Of a stretch of 64,000 nt of DNA, positions 1 to 21,195 are shown piece after piece (within the stretch, counting starts at the first letter, position 1; each line of letters begins with the position of its first letter). The stretch lies in assembly GCF_009914755.1 (NCBI RefSeq), contig NC_060927.1; one strand, 5' to 3'. The position numbers were made by a program, and so were the translations under genes. This stretch comes from the human T2T-CHM13v2.0 reference genome, Homo sapiens. The notes under the pieces were generated by a model that saw only the letters and a list, made by a program, of their open reading frames with translations, was not told where the DNA came from and did no database searches.

Positions 1-515
1 TGATGGATACAGGCTAGGAGGGGCCAGGGGGCAGGGATGGTTCTGAGGATACATCCTAAAAGAACAGGTTAGCTGGAAAACAGCTATGCCTCCTATACCT
101 AGGATGACTGACTTCTTCATTCAGATACATGAGTAGGGTGAACAGAGATTTCTATTTTTTAAATGAAACTTTACAAGGTAAAGGATTTTTTAAAGTTTTA
201 TGCCAACATTGACATTCTTCCCCATATTATCTTTTACTTTTAGAGAGGCTTATAGGTTTTTGTTGTGGTGATGAGTTTTTTACCCCATAACTACAACTAA
301 CTTTTCTATTGCTCCTTGATTTCCAAGGGTCTTTCAAAATTACTCTACCCAATAACTGCTATAATTCCCATTTTACAGGTGAATAAACAAAATATAGCTC
401 ATAAAGTTAAAAAGTTGTAATACAACAATTATTGAAGTGAAATTAATTTTTTTTTAAACAAAAACTCATTCAATCACAGCAATATCCATTGGGAATTAAA
501 ATGGACTGTCCTTAC

Positions 516-592
516 CTTTACTAATTTTCCACTGATCTCAGGCATATCACCCATTTTCCGATTATCCAGCATCCGAATTTCATATGACTGAC
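516..592 (-). CDS. UBP1: UBP1 coding exon 3 (gene continues off the left edge)
   Basis: Acceptor TTAAATAG| and donor AAG|GTAAG; 77 nt encoding (G)[25 protein letters not shown], in frame with exon 2. Confidence 0.95.
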
Positions 593-869
593 CTATTTAA
601 AGAAATTGTGTATAAAAAACAATCCTTATAAAGAACATCACTTTGCTTAACATAATTCAAAATGCATGTTTCTCAGAACATACATTACACAATGATAGTT
701 TGTTAATTTGCTACGGAAGCAAATTCAGGTTGATCCTTCTCTTCCCTGAAAATCACACCAACCTTCTGTTCTAACATTATTACAGGAGACAAGAGTTTCT
801 CTGTCAATTTATCTTCATCTGCCACTCTCTTACACTAAACTTTTATTATGCTTGCATTACCTAAGACTA

Positions 870-1350
870 ATTTTTGTAACAGCTTTTCTGAGATATAGTT
901 TACATACCATAAAATTCACATTTTTAAAAAGTGTGTAAATCATTGGTTTTCAGTATAGTCAGAGTTGTGCAACCATCACCACTACCAGTTTTAGAACACT
1001 CGCATCATCCTAAGAAGAAACCTCTATTAGTCACTTCCCATCCCTCCCCCACCCCCCACCTGGCCAACTGCTAGCGATCACCAATCCACTTTCTGCCTCT
1101 ACGATTTGCCCACTCTGGATACTTTCATAAACAGAATCATACAATATGTGGGTATTTGTGCCTTGCTTTTTAAACTTAGCATAATGTTTTCAAGGTTCAC
1201 CCATATGTAGTATATATCAGTCCTTTTTATTGCCAAATAATATTCATTCCTTTTTATTGCCTAATACTATTCCACTGTGTAAAGACTAAACCAAATTTTG
1301 TTTATCCATTCATCAGCTGATGGATATTTGGGTTGTTTCCACTTTTAGTG
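870..1350 (-). mobile_element. Old L1 (L1M-type) 3' UTR fragment
   Basis: Typical reverse L1M 3' end motifs (ttgtgcaaccatcaccact, tttatccattcatcagctgatggatatttgggttgtttccacttt). Confidence 0.75.
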
Positions 1351-1997
1351 TTTATTAGAAAACACAGATATTCACACATCAATCTAGATAATTAGGAAAA
1401 TGCTGCTGTAAAAAAATTAATAATGTACTCCAAATCCACAAAAAATGATTTCTGGATTATCTGTTATTAAATAATAAAAATGACAGTATAATTTGGCATG
1501 CAGAAAATCAGTAAAAATTAAAGAATGCTTATAATATCACATGAAGTTGAGAATCTTTATAACTACCAACACCTTGTCCATACTCCCAGGGGGCTTACAG
1601 AAAAATATACAAAGGATTCTAGATTATAGGGTCAAAATTCAACAAGGGGTTATCAAAATACAACTACATCACTCCAAGGCTGGTGAAGGAAAACAGCATA
1701 TATATAGTCTGTTACAAAGAAAAGTTGCTTACATTCATTCAACAGACAGAGAAACACTAAAAAACACCTGTATGGGAAGAGACATTTTTAAAAAGTTAAA
1801 CTAAGACACAGATTGGAAGAAGATATATGCACTATATTTAACAATGGATCTATATTCTGAAAACAGAAATAATTTTCAAAATGAAGAATATAAAGTTTTG
1901 AAAAATACACCATTTATGTTTAAAATTACACTCAACCTCACAAGAATTTAGGAAATAAAAATCAACAAAAGGTTTATGCTGATTATCAGATCAATAA

Positions 1998-8860
<6,863 letters not shown>

Positions 8861-9345
8861 TCATATCACTGAAATGTAACACTCTGACATAAACTACAAA
8901 CAAGATATAGGGGATAAAATTTGATGTTTATTTAGCCACAGACTCCATCCTGGTGCAGCTTAAGTCTATTTTCAGCACAGAACTGCTTCATGTTCAAAAT
9001 CCAGGTTCCTTGCTAGCTGGACTTCTGATTCATTCTCAAGTTCCATATTGAAATCACTGTCCCTAAAAATAACTGACTTCCTTTCCTACTTGCTAGTCCT
9101 TTGGATTATGTCTTAAAAATCCTGTAATAAATCTTCCTCCTCAGACCCTCTTTAATGCAAATCAGTTTACACAAACTGTACTTCAGCTGCTCACAGTAAA
9201 ATTCCTACAATTTTCATTAAGTTGTAAAATTTAAGAAAAAGAACCTAATTTTTAATTATTACCAATAATCTAGGCTACAATGCCAAAATATTATTTTGTA
9301 TTTCTGTAAATTCTTACATGTCAAATGTGACATAACCACACTAAC

Positions 9346-9497
9346 CTTGGTTCAAATAAGTAAGCGTTTCATCATGCAGTTTTACTGCTGGTGACGTTGC
9401 AGCACACATCACATACTGAAAGGGTGGGTGCTCTGTTTCACCATCCAATGGAAGGCTGGAATCTTCCTGCTTGAAAATGGGCAATGCCAAGACATCA
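9346..9497 (-). CDS. UBP1: UBP1 coding exon 2
   Basis: Acceptor TTTTCAG| and donor AAG|GTTAG; 152 nt encoding (S)[50 protein letters not shown](G), the start of the CP2 DNA-binding domain. Phase matches exons 1 and 3. Confidence 0.96.
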
Positions 9498-9546
9498 CTG
9501 AAAAGCAAAAAATCAACACTGACCTTACTTTGGGTTTGAAATATTT

Positions 9547-9588
9547 GTCTACAGCCATATCATCCTGAATGCACCCAATCTTGTCTGA
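9547..9588 (+). pseudogene. 5S rRNA 5' fragment (3'-truncated, tailless retropseudogene)
   Basis: GTCTACAGCCATATCATCCTGAATGCACCCAATCTTGTCTGA matches nt 1-42 of human 5S rRNA at 35/42, with 5 of 7 mismatches at CpGs. Flanked by a repeated TGAAATATTT (9537-9546 and 9586-9595). Confidence 0.88.
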
Positions 9589-9754
9589 AATATTTAAAAG
9601 CATATAAACATTTAGGGATAGTTTTTTTTTTAATTTAAGATCAGAAATTATATGTAGAATAAAAGAACTATGAATGCTATGTGGTTCATCTAAAGGATGG
9701 CATTAACAACCCCTATCTCGGGGTGGGAAGTGGGGGAGGGCGGCAGGGCAGCTC

Positions 9755-9757
<3 letters not shown>

Positions 9758-9811
<54 letters not shown>
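9758..9811. repeat. (AT)27 microsatellite
   Basis: Uninterrupted AT dinucleotide run of 54 nt. Confidence 0.97.
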
Positions 9812-9815
<4 letters not shown>

Positions 9816-10194
9816 CTTTAAAAAATTCTTCTAAAACTTTAAGGTCCAGATTCTTTCTATAAAAAAAAAGCAAGTCAAGAGTACCTAGCTACTTGATTTG
9901 AAAGGCAAGAAATAATACTGCTGCCAAAGGTAGGTCACACTTGACACCATAGAATTACAAAGAAGCATCTGATTAAAATGGGGTTTTACAAAAAGTTCCC
10001 TGCTGTGCCTTGGCAAGTGTTAAGAACATGAAGCTTCATGCCTAATCTAAAACAATGGCTCCTACTGAGAGGTAAACAGGAGCAGCAGCAGTCGCAGCAG
10101 CTGCTATTCTCCCCCTAAGAATAACCTGGGGCACTGATTGGGAGAATGATGAGGGGTCTTCTGGGACACTGTTTTTATTGGATGTTGTTTGGTT

Positions 10195-11125
10195 TTAACA
10201 GCTTTATTGAAATATAATTTACATATCATAAAGTCACCCTTTTAAAGTCTGAAATTCAGTGGTTTTAAGTATATTCACATCATCAGTATCTAATTCTTGA
10301 ATTCCAAAATATTTTCTCCCCTCAAAAAGAAATCCCATACCCATTAGTAGTCACTCACCATACTATCCCAGACCCACTCAGCCCCTGGCACCCACTGATT
10401 TGTTTTCTATCTCTACGGATTTGCTATTTGGGACATTTAAATGGAATCATATGACTATGTGGTCTTTTGTGACTGGCTTCTTTCACTTAGCATGTTTCAT
10501 GGACCATCCGTGTTCTAACATGTACCAATGCTTCATTCTTTTTAATGGCTCCATTCCATTGTATAGGCATACCGTATTCTGTATCCATTCAGATGATGGC
10601 CATCTGGGTTGTTTCCATTTTTTAGCAATTATGAATCATGCTGCTATGAACACTTTTCTATGTTTTTGTGTAGATAAATTCTGCTAAGTATACACCTGGA
10701 ACTGGAATTACTGGATCACATGGTAACTCTGTTTAACTTTATTTTACTTATTTTATTGGAGACAAAGTCTCACTTTGTCACCCAGGCTGGAGTGCAGTGG
10801 TGGTATCTTGGCTCACCACAACCTCTGACTCCTGGGCTCAAGTCATTCTCATGCTTCCGCCTCCCAAGTAGCTGGGATTAGAGGCATGTGCCACCACACC
10901 CAGGTAATTGTATTTTTAGTAGAGACAGGGTTTCGCCATGTAGGCCAGACTAGTCTCAAACTCCTGGCCTCAAGTGATCCGCCCGCCTCAGCCTCCCAAA
11001 GTGCTGGGATTATAGGCGTGAGCCATCACGCCCCGCCTCTGTTTAACTTTCTGAGCAACTGCCAAGCTGTTTTTCAAAGTGGTTGCAATAATTTTACATT
11101 TCCCCTATTAATGTATGGAAGGTGA
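10195..11125 (-). mobile_element. L1M 3' fragment interrupted by an Alu (10738-11037, -)
   Basis: Reverse L1 3' motifs. ctctgtttaacttt is duplicated on both sides of the Alu (TSD). Confidence 0.75.
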
Positions 11126-11707
11126 TTATTTGTTTTTGAGATAATTATCTGAGCTGTACGTTTGTATCTTAACTTTTCTATACTCATTCTTCAATAAAAA
11201 GTAAAATGATAATAACAGCAACAACAAAACATCAAATGAATAACTACTGTATCAACACCAATAATAGGGACTTGTCTGAACTGCTTATTTTCTCTTTTTT
11301 TCCTACAAGCTGTTCACTAAGATACTTGGGTAGCCAGGTCAATTCAATTCAATTCAAAAACAGAATGTGAAAACAAGTGAAATGGGACGGAAACCCTGGG
11401 AGAGAACGTTATCCCACCAGTAGTCCCTACTCCCCCCATGCATTTCTATTAAAGCACTGTGCTGATTTTCAAAGATACTAACTATCCACTAATTCTCCCT
11501 CTCTTATTTATACCCAGGAATTGTCAAAACACTCCTACGTACACAAGTAATAACCAAGGATCACACGGTTAGCAATGGTCCCAACACTCCCACAGAGTTC
11601 TCTCAACACCTTGACCTAGGGATTTTGCCCCACCTAAGCTCCTGCCTTGGGGGCAGATATAAAAACTTTTCAGAAGACTTCAGGCCAGGAGCAGTGGCTC
11701 ACACCTA

Positions 11708-11986
<279 letters not shown>

Positions 11987-12469
11987 TCACCTCTTTATAA
12001 AAATCAGTCATAACAGTCAAATTGGCTCCAGGGAAGATAAAAATATATACTGCATTTTGTGTATATGTAAGCATTTAAAACCCTCTCAGAGAGAAAGAAA
12101 ACAAGAATGAGAGTTGTGACTCAGAACCATTAATTATACCGAAAAATAACACAGGGAATAATTTTAACATTTCAATGCTAACTGCTTGGGTTGATCATTA
12201 GATACAGATCATCAAAATAAGATGTATAACTGCATGAGAATGGCTTTTTATAAATAAATTGTCACATATGGAAGACAATTTTATATGCTTCAGATCCTAG
12301 AAGACAACCACTTTTTTATTCACTTGGTTATAGTCTCCATGATCCACACAGAAAATACTATGCTCATGGTAAGTGCTAAACGACTCCTGAACAAACATAT
12401 AAACATGTAAAGATTATTTGCTATTGAATTTCCAATTAATTTTTTACTTAATTAGAAAGAAAATGCCTT

Positions 12470-12945
12470 CCAGTCAACACAGCAACCAGTGATCCTTTTC
12501 AAACAGAAGTTAAACCATTTCAATTCTCTGAATCCTTACATCAGCTCACTTTCAACCAAAGTCCTTACGAAATCCTACGTCTCAAAAAAAAAAAAAAAAG
12601 CCCTACGCAACCTGCTCTTCAACCCCTCTTCTCGTCACCCTCATTCCCCCTGCTCCAACTACCCCGGCCTCCTGATTCTACTCTTCTACTGGATATCCTA
12701 ATGGCTCATTTCATTCAAATGTCATCTTTTCAGTGACAACATGACACTGGAGTCCTCCCACCCACACTCCCAATTTCCCTACCCTAGCTCTATACACAGC
12801 TCTTACCACTTTCCAAAAATATACATGACTTACTAACTTTGTATCTGCTATAAGCACGTAACTCCAAATACGTGTTTCTTCAATGACTGATGCCAGCATC
12901 TAGCACAAAGGAGCTCAAATACTTGCTGAATCAATGAACTGATTG
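12470..12945 (+). mobile_element. L2 3' fragment
   Basis: Degenerate L2 tail (tagcacaaaggagctcaaatacttgctgaatcaatgaa) with upstream L2-like motifs. Confidence 0.55.
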
Positions 12946-13032
12946 CTGCATTAATAATCAACCAATTAGTATTAAGATTGAAAACTAGGTCTCCAGACAA
13001 GATTATAATTTCTACTATGTTGAAAGTCCTAA

Positions 13033-13383
<351 letters not shown>

Positions 13384-14699
13384 TGAGCCACTGCACCAGG
13401 CCCAAATGATGCATTTTAGAAGGCAAAACTGAAAGATCTACATGTTGGTAAATTTTAATGTAGCTTAGCACCAAAAATCAGGATGCTAAAAAAGACTTGG
13501 AAATCACAACAAGCTTGATCAAATGAAGTATAAAAATCTACTAGGACATCTAAAAATCCAGCAATGTAAGCTGCCTTCAGGGAGGACAAATGAATGACTG
13601 CAAGACCCTAGTGTGAGGCAGAGACTGCACTGTACACCCTCTCATAGCCTTTGAAAATAATTATGTGAATGTACTGATTTTCAAAAACAGTGAAAATTTG
13701 AATTTTTCTTAAGGACAAGATAGATAAAACATATATGGAAGCTAAATGAGAATTCTAAAGAGACATGAAAGAAACAAAATAGAAAAAACAACATAGAGAA
13801 CTGTTTAGTAATGGCAGGCTAAGTAATTTAAATGAACCTATACCCCATCCACCCTCACTGAGGATAGGGGGGAAAAAAGTTGTCAGAGAACACATATATT
13901 CTTGAAAGTATTAAAGAACTAACAAGATAAAGAAACAGGCTGAAATCTGAAAAAGTGCAGTAAGTCCAAGCAAGCCTAGAACTGAAAGTGGCTTTTACCT
14001 ACCCAAACTGAGGAAAGAACTGCAAAGCTGTACTGTAGTTTTAGTGGCCTTGTGGGTGTAGGATACAGCCATCCACATTAAACTGGAATGAGAACAACTA
14101 GATGCTCAGGGTAAGGGTGAAGGGAAAGTACTGGTTAGCTTCTCCAGCCTGGTCCGGGGAACCACTGACAGGTAGGGCTCCCAGGGGTCTGACAAGCAAG
14201 TGAAAAGACTTAGGCATCAAATTATTCCAAGTAATTCTGAAATGCCAGTACACCAAAATAACCAGGCATAAAAGGACAAACAAGACTCTAGAAGCAAAAA
14301 CCAACAGCAAAAACAACAGATGACATATATCCAGTTCCAGATTTTGTCTGCTGGTATTCAGATCTTTTCTGCCTCTACTGCAGAAGGTTAGAAGCCTGAA
14401 AACTACATATAGAAGAATTCTTGCTAGACAGTCTTGTCAGGCTCTCCAAAGGCAAACACTGGCGGAAAATTGAAAGAGCGGGAAAGGGAAAAGCCAGATG
14501 CAAAAACAGGCAACCACACGGAATGCAGCTGCGGAAAATTTCAGGGGATCAGCAGCCATGCCTCCAGCAACAAGCCCAAGAACAACCAGGTAACATGGCC
14601 TCCTCCTCCAACCCTTCCAGCTCCTTTGCAATCAAATACTTCACTAAATCCCTCTCTGCTTGAGACATCTCACTGATTTCTATTTTCCTGACTGGACAC

Positions 14700-15225
14700 A
14701 GACCACCAGAGATTTCAGATGCTGGAATTATCAGATCCAAATTATAAAATCGTACTTACTCTATTTAAAGAAATAAAAGAAAAGCCTGAAAGTATCTGGA
14801 AGGAACAGGAAACTTTAAAGGACAGCAAAACTGAAAAAGAGCAAAAAGAACTTCTAGAACTGGAAAATAAAACTGTCCAAATTAAGAACTCAGGTTTAAT
14901 AGCAGCTCAGACAGAAGTGAAGACTGAATTAGGAGACTGGAATGCTGGAATATAGGTAAAAAGAAGTTATTCAGAAAGCAGCACAGAGAGGAAAATGAAG
15001 AAGTTAAGAAGGGACCAAGTGAGAAGATTTTGCATTAAATTCAAGTCTCAGCAAAGAACGGAATAGGGGCAAAAACTGAAGACAGGAAGGCTGAGCAAAT
15101 TCTAGAACTGGTGAAATATACCAATTCATGGATTCAAGAAGCCCAAATGACCAAACCAGAATAAATAAGAAATACACACCTAAATACACCATAGAAAAAC
15201 TCACAAGCCAGTACAGCATATGAAA
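14700..15225 (+). mobile_element. Ancient L1 ORF1 remnant
   Basis: A-rich; translates to a K/E-rich coiled-coil like L1 ORF1p (KEQKELLELENKTVQIKNS), followed by an ORF1-like aataaataagaaatacacacctaaatacaccatag segment. Confidence 0.55.
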
Positions 15226-15348
15226 GTTCCGCCGGGTGCAGTGGCTCACACCTGTAATCCCAGCACTTTGGGAGACTGAGGCGGGCGGATCATTACATCA
15301 GGAGTTCAAGACCAGCCTATCCAATATGGTGAAACCCTGTCTCTACTA

Positions 15349-15732
<384 letters not shown>

Positions 15733-16769
15733 CTATTAACAAAATCTGAATACTCTCATATCCATTAAATAAATTACATGTATAGTCAAACATTTACTCA
15801 TCCAAAGAAAGTTAAAACTGGCTGGGTGCAGTGGCTCACACCTGTAATCTCAACACTTTGGGAGGCCGAGACAGGCGGACTGCTTGAGCCCAGAGACCAG
15901 CCTGGGTAACATGGTGAAACCCCGTCTCTACAAAAAATAGCAAAAAAATTAGCCAGGCATGGTGGCGCATACTCATAAACTCAGCTACTAGGGAGGCAGA
16001 GGTAGGAGAATTACCTGAGCCTAGGAAGTCGAGGCTGCAGTGAGCCATGATTGCACCACTGCACTTCAGCCTGGGTAACACAGTGTGACCCTCTTCTGGC
16101 TAAGTTCTCTGTTTTGGCAAAGTTTTTTGATTTAAAAAAATTTTTTGGTTAAAACACAATGGTTTGTAATTGTTATTCTAAATAAATTTTTTAATGTTTT
16201 CAAATTTCTTGATACTTTCACATTATGAAGTTACTACAACATATACAGCATCCTATTTATATTTAGATAAATTGAGACAAAGTAGTAACTAAACAAATAC
16301 AAGCAACTGTGGTCCTACTCTACTCAAAATCACTGCTAAAAATAAGAGATCCTTTCAAGGCTAAATAGCATTCACAAGTGTGTCTCATCTTTGCATTCCC
16401 CACCCACACCAAAAAATTACATGTTTCTAAAACAGTTTTAACCACTACACATCAGAAGTGTCAAAATCATAAAAGAAGGAAAAACTAAAAATTGTTACAG
16501 GACACAAAAACTAAATGCAATACAGAATCCTGGATTGGAATCTGAAAGGACAAAAGGGAGACAACTGTGAATTCCAAATAAATTTTGTAATTTAGATAAC
16601 AGTATTGCACCAAGTCTAATTTCTTGATTTTGACAATAGTACTCTGGTTGTATAAGTAGGAGAAGCTGGGTGAAGGGTACATGTGAACTCTCCATACTAC
16701 TTTTGTAACTTGAAAAATTTCAAAATGAAGAGTTTTAAGTTAAAAGTTCAACTATGAATACATGAATGA

Positions 16770-17260
<491 letters not shown>

Positions 17261-17313
17261 TAAAAATACAAAAATCAGCTGGGCGTGGTGGCATGCACCT
17301 GTAATCCCAGCTA

Positions 17314-17461
<148 letters not shown>

Positions 17462-17534
17462 TCATATTCATCTATTAGATCTGTCCCAAAACAAGCAAAG
17501 TAAATAATACAGAGCCTCCTTTCAATTCAGTCAT

Positions 17535-17712
17535 GAAGCTGGGCACCATGTGGCCCACCTGTGGGTCCAGCTACTTGGGAGTTTGTGGCAGGACAATCCC
17601 TTGAGCCCAGGAATTAGAGCCTGTAGTGTGCAGTGATCAAGTCTGCAAATAGCCACTGCACTCCAGCCTGGGCAACAAAGCAAGACCCTGTCTCTAAAAA
17701 TAATAATAATAA
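17535..17712 (+). mobile_element. Fossil Alu monomer (FAM-like)
   Basis: Single 7SL-derived monomer with the diagnostic ...aatagccactgcactccagcc segment and a (TAA)n tail. Confidence 0.7.
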
Positions 17713-18089
17713 TAGTATCAGTCATAGAACCTACAGCTAAGAAAAAAAAAGAAAAAAGCATCAGATGGTATTTCCAGCCAAAGCAAACGTTTAAATGTGT
17801 ACTGGCAAACCAACAAATGCCACTATGATGAAACATCAAGTTTAGGAGACCATATCAATAAACCACCAAGTTTCAAACAGTCCTAATTGAAGGATATAAA
17901 CTGTACTATATCTTACAGGGGCGGGGGAACCCTAATTTTAAAAACTGAACACAATAAAAATCTATAGACAAACAATGGAATTACATAAATTAGCTGAGAC
18001 AGTTCTTAGACTACATAAAAATAATTTCTTGAAAGTAAGGTTTCAGTAGTCAGCAAATCCTTTTTTTTTTTTTTTCTTTTTTTTTTTGA

Positions 18090-18197
<108 letters not shown>

Positions 18198-18359
18198 TAG
18201 CTGCGATTACACGCATGCGCTACCATGCCCAGCTAATTTTGTAAGATGGGGTTTCACCATGTTGGCCAGCCTGGTCTCAAACTCCCGACCTCAGGTGATC
18301 CACCTGCCTCAGCCTCCCAAAGTGCTGGGATTACAAGCGTGAGCCACTGCGCTCGGTGA

Positions 18360-18872
<513 letters not shown>

Positions 18873-19133
18873 CTTTACAGTAATAAATTTTAAAATGTGG
18901 ACACTATAATCTTAAATCAATAAATGTTTTAAATGAGTTAATTTATTAAATCATTTCCTGTACTGCAGCCAAGATTAAATCCAGGAAAAAGTTGTTAAAC
19001 CTTGAAATTAGAAGTTTTATAGAAATTGCTTCATGAAAAGATTCTAAGGAAAAAAAACAGAAATTACTGCCAATTCTGGGAGTATTCTGAAGAACCCATT
19101 TTTAAATTTCACTAATCCTAAAATTGTTCTACA

Positions 19134-19722
19134 CAGATGTTCCCCGACATATAATAAAGTCCCAATCAACCCATTGTAAGTTGAAAATATAAATCAAAGA
19201 TAAATTTATCAGCCTGGCCAACATAGCAAGACCTTATCTCTACTAAAAATAAAAATTTAAAAATTAGCCAGGCATGGTGGCACTGCCTGTAGTTCCAGCT
19301 ACTCTGTGGCTCAGGTGAGAAGACTGCATAAGCCCAGGAAAGTCAAGACTGCAGTGAGCCATGATTGTACCACTGTACTCCAGTGTAGGTGACAGAGCAA
19401 GACCTAGTCTCAAACGAACATTTCATGCACCTAACCTACTGAACATCATAGCTTACCTAGCCTACCTTAAACATGCTCAGATCAGTTAGATTAGCCTACA
19501 GTCGGGGAAAACCACTTGGCAACACAGTATACTGAATGGGAACTATGGCTCACTGCCACTGCCCAACATCACAAGAGAGCATCATACCATGTATCAGGAG
19601 CCTGGGAAAGACCAAAATTCAAAATACAACATACAGTGTCTACTGAAGGTGTTTCTACTGAATGAATATGGCTTATACAACAAAAATTTTAAGTCAAACC
19701 ATCATAAGTTGGAGATCATCTG
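19134..19722 (+). mobile_element. MER47/Tigger-family DNA transposon with a partial Alu inside (19211-19412)
   Basis: Inverted termini CAGATG...CATCTG followed by TA; internal cctaacctactgaacatcatagctt motif. Confidence 0.72.
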
Positions 19723-21049
19723 TACTTCCAAGATATATATCACCTACTCAGGGACATTCTATTTTAGCATGAGACCAAAAGAAAATCATCAATTATTAAT
19801 AGCTACATAATAAAACCTACCCTTGCTAATCTTGTACTAACTTAATACTGATCTAAGTTGAAATTCTGTTACCTTACAGGATCTATAACATTAATTTTTT
19901 TTAACTTTTTAAAAAGTGACAGATAATAGTGTACATTACCATGTGCAACACGATGTTTTGACATATATACACTGTCCAATGTTTAAATTCAACCAATTAA
20001 CAAACGTATTACCTCAGTTATCACTGTGGTGAGAACATTAACATCCACCCTTTGCATTTTTCAAGAATACATTGTATCATTAACTACAGTAACCTTGTTG
20101 TACAATAGATTTCTTAAATAAACATTTTACCTTTCAATCAACATAGGAAATCTGTCATTAGCTCAAAGCAGTTTTGATTTAGCAAATTATTTGTAAACTA
20201 TGGATGTACCTCCCATTTCAAAATACATAATGTATATCTTTTGTTTCAAGAGATTTATACCACAGCGAAGTTTAACAAACAGGGCTCAGACAATACCTTT
20301 TTTAAAGTAATAATTTAATATCAAAATTTTTAAAAGAGTAAGCTATACAAGCCATTACTTCCTATAACCTTCAAAAATATTTCAATATTGAGCCCCCAAA
20401 TCCTAAAAATTAACTTGGCTACAGATGATAAATTTCATACAGTGAGATGGAAAGAAAATTACCAGGTGGTCCAAAGACCCTCTTTGAGTTTTAATGAGTA
20501 TTATTTTTTAAAGTCATTTGGTTATCTACTCCATACTTCACAAAACAAGAATGACCCAGATTTCAAGTTACCATGAGTTTCAGTCTTCACTCTGTGTGGG
20601 GGAAAAATCAGCCTTCATCTGTTTAAGCCAATCACTTTAACATCTATGACCCTCAGATAATGCATTTACAGTATAAGAAAAGGAGTGGTCTAGACTCTAA
20701 AAGGTTTCTAAGGAAGGTCTCTATCCATCTCTAAAATCCTGTTACTGTAACCAAGATTTTTAAAAACATTTATGACCTGCCTCATTTCAAATAGAATCTG
20801 CTGCAGTTCACATCTCACATCCAAATATAACCACCAAAAAAGACTAAACAAAAACAACAACAAAAAAGTATAATACAACAGCACACACAGAACACATGAG
20901 AACCAGAGCCAAAAGAAAAAGAGAAGCAAAGGTAATGTTAGTAATTAGCCCCAATATATTCCCAATATTACCAGCCTACATTATTTTACACAAACATATT
21001 TTTCCTACTGTTTTAAGAGAAAGGGGTGGGGGGAAACAACAAAAGAGAA

Positions 21050-21195
21050 GGGGGTCTCATTCTTGCCCAGGCTGGAATGCAGTGGCTATTAACAGGTGCA
21101 ATCATAGCACACACTACACCCCTGAACCTCTGGGCTCAAGCAATCTCCCACGCAGCTAGGTCTACAAGCATACCAAACATCACACCTGCCTAATT
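21050..21195 (-). mobile_element. Fossil Alu monomer (FAM-like)
   Basis: Reverse 7SL-derived monomer (gcagtggctattaacaggtgcaatcatagc). Confidence 0.65.

Noticed and set aside
14340-14700. Unique-looking block with several overlapping short ORFs
   Set aside because: No splice signals in phase with UBP1. The 3' end resembles an old ERVL-type LTR, but I could not name it confidently.
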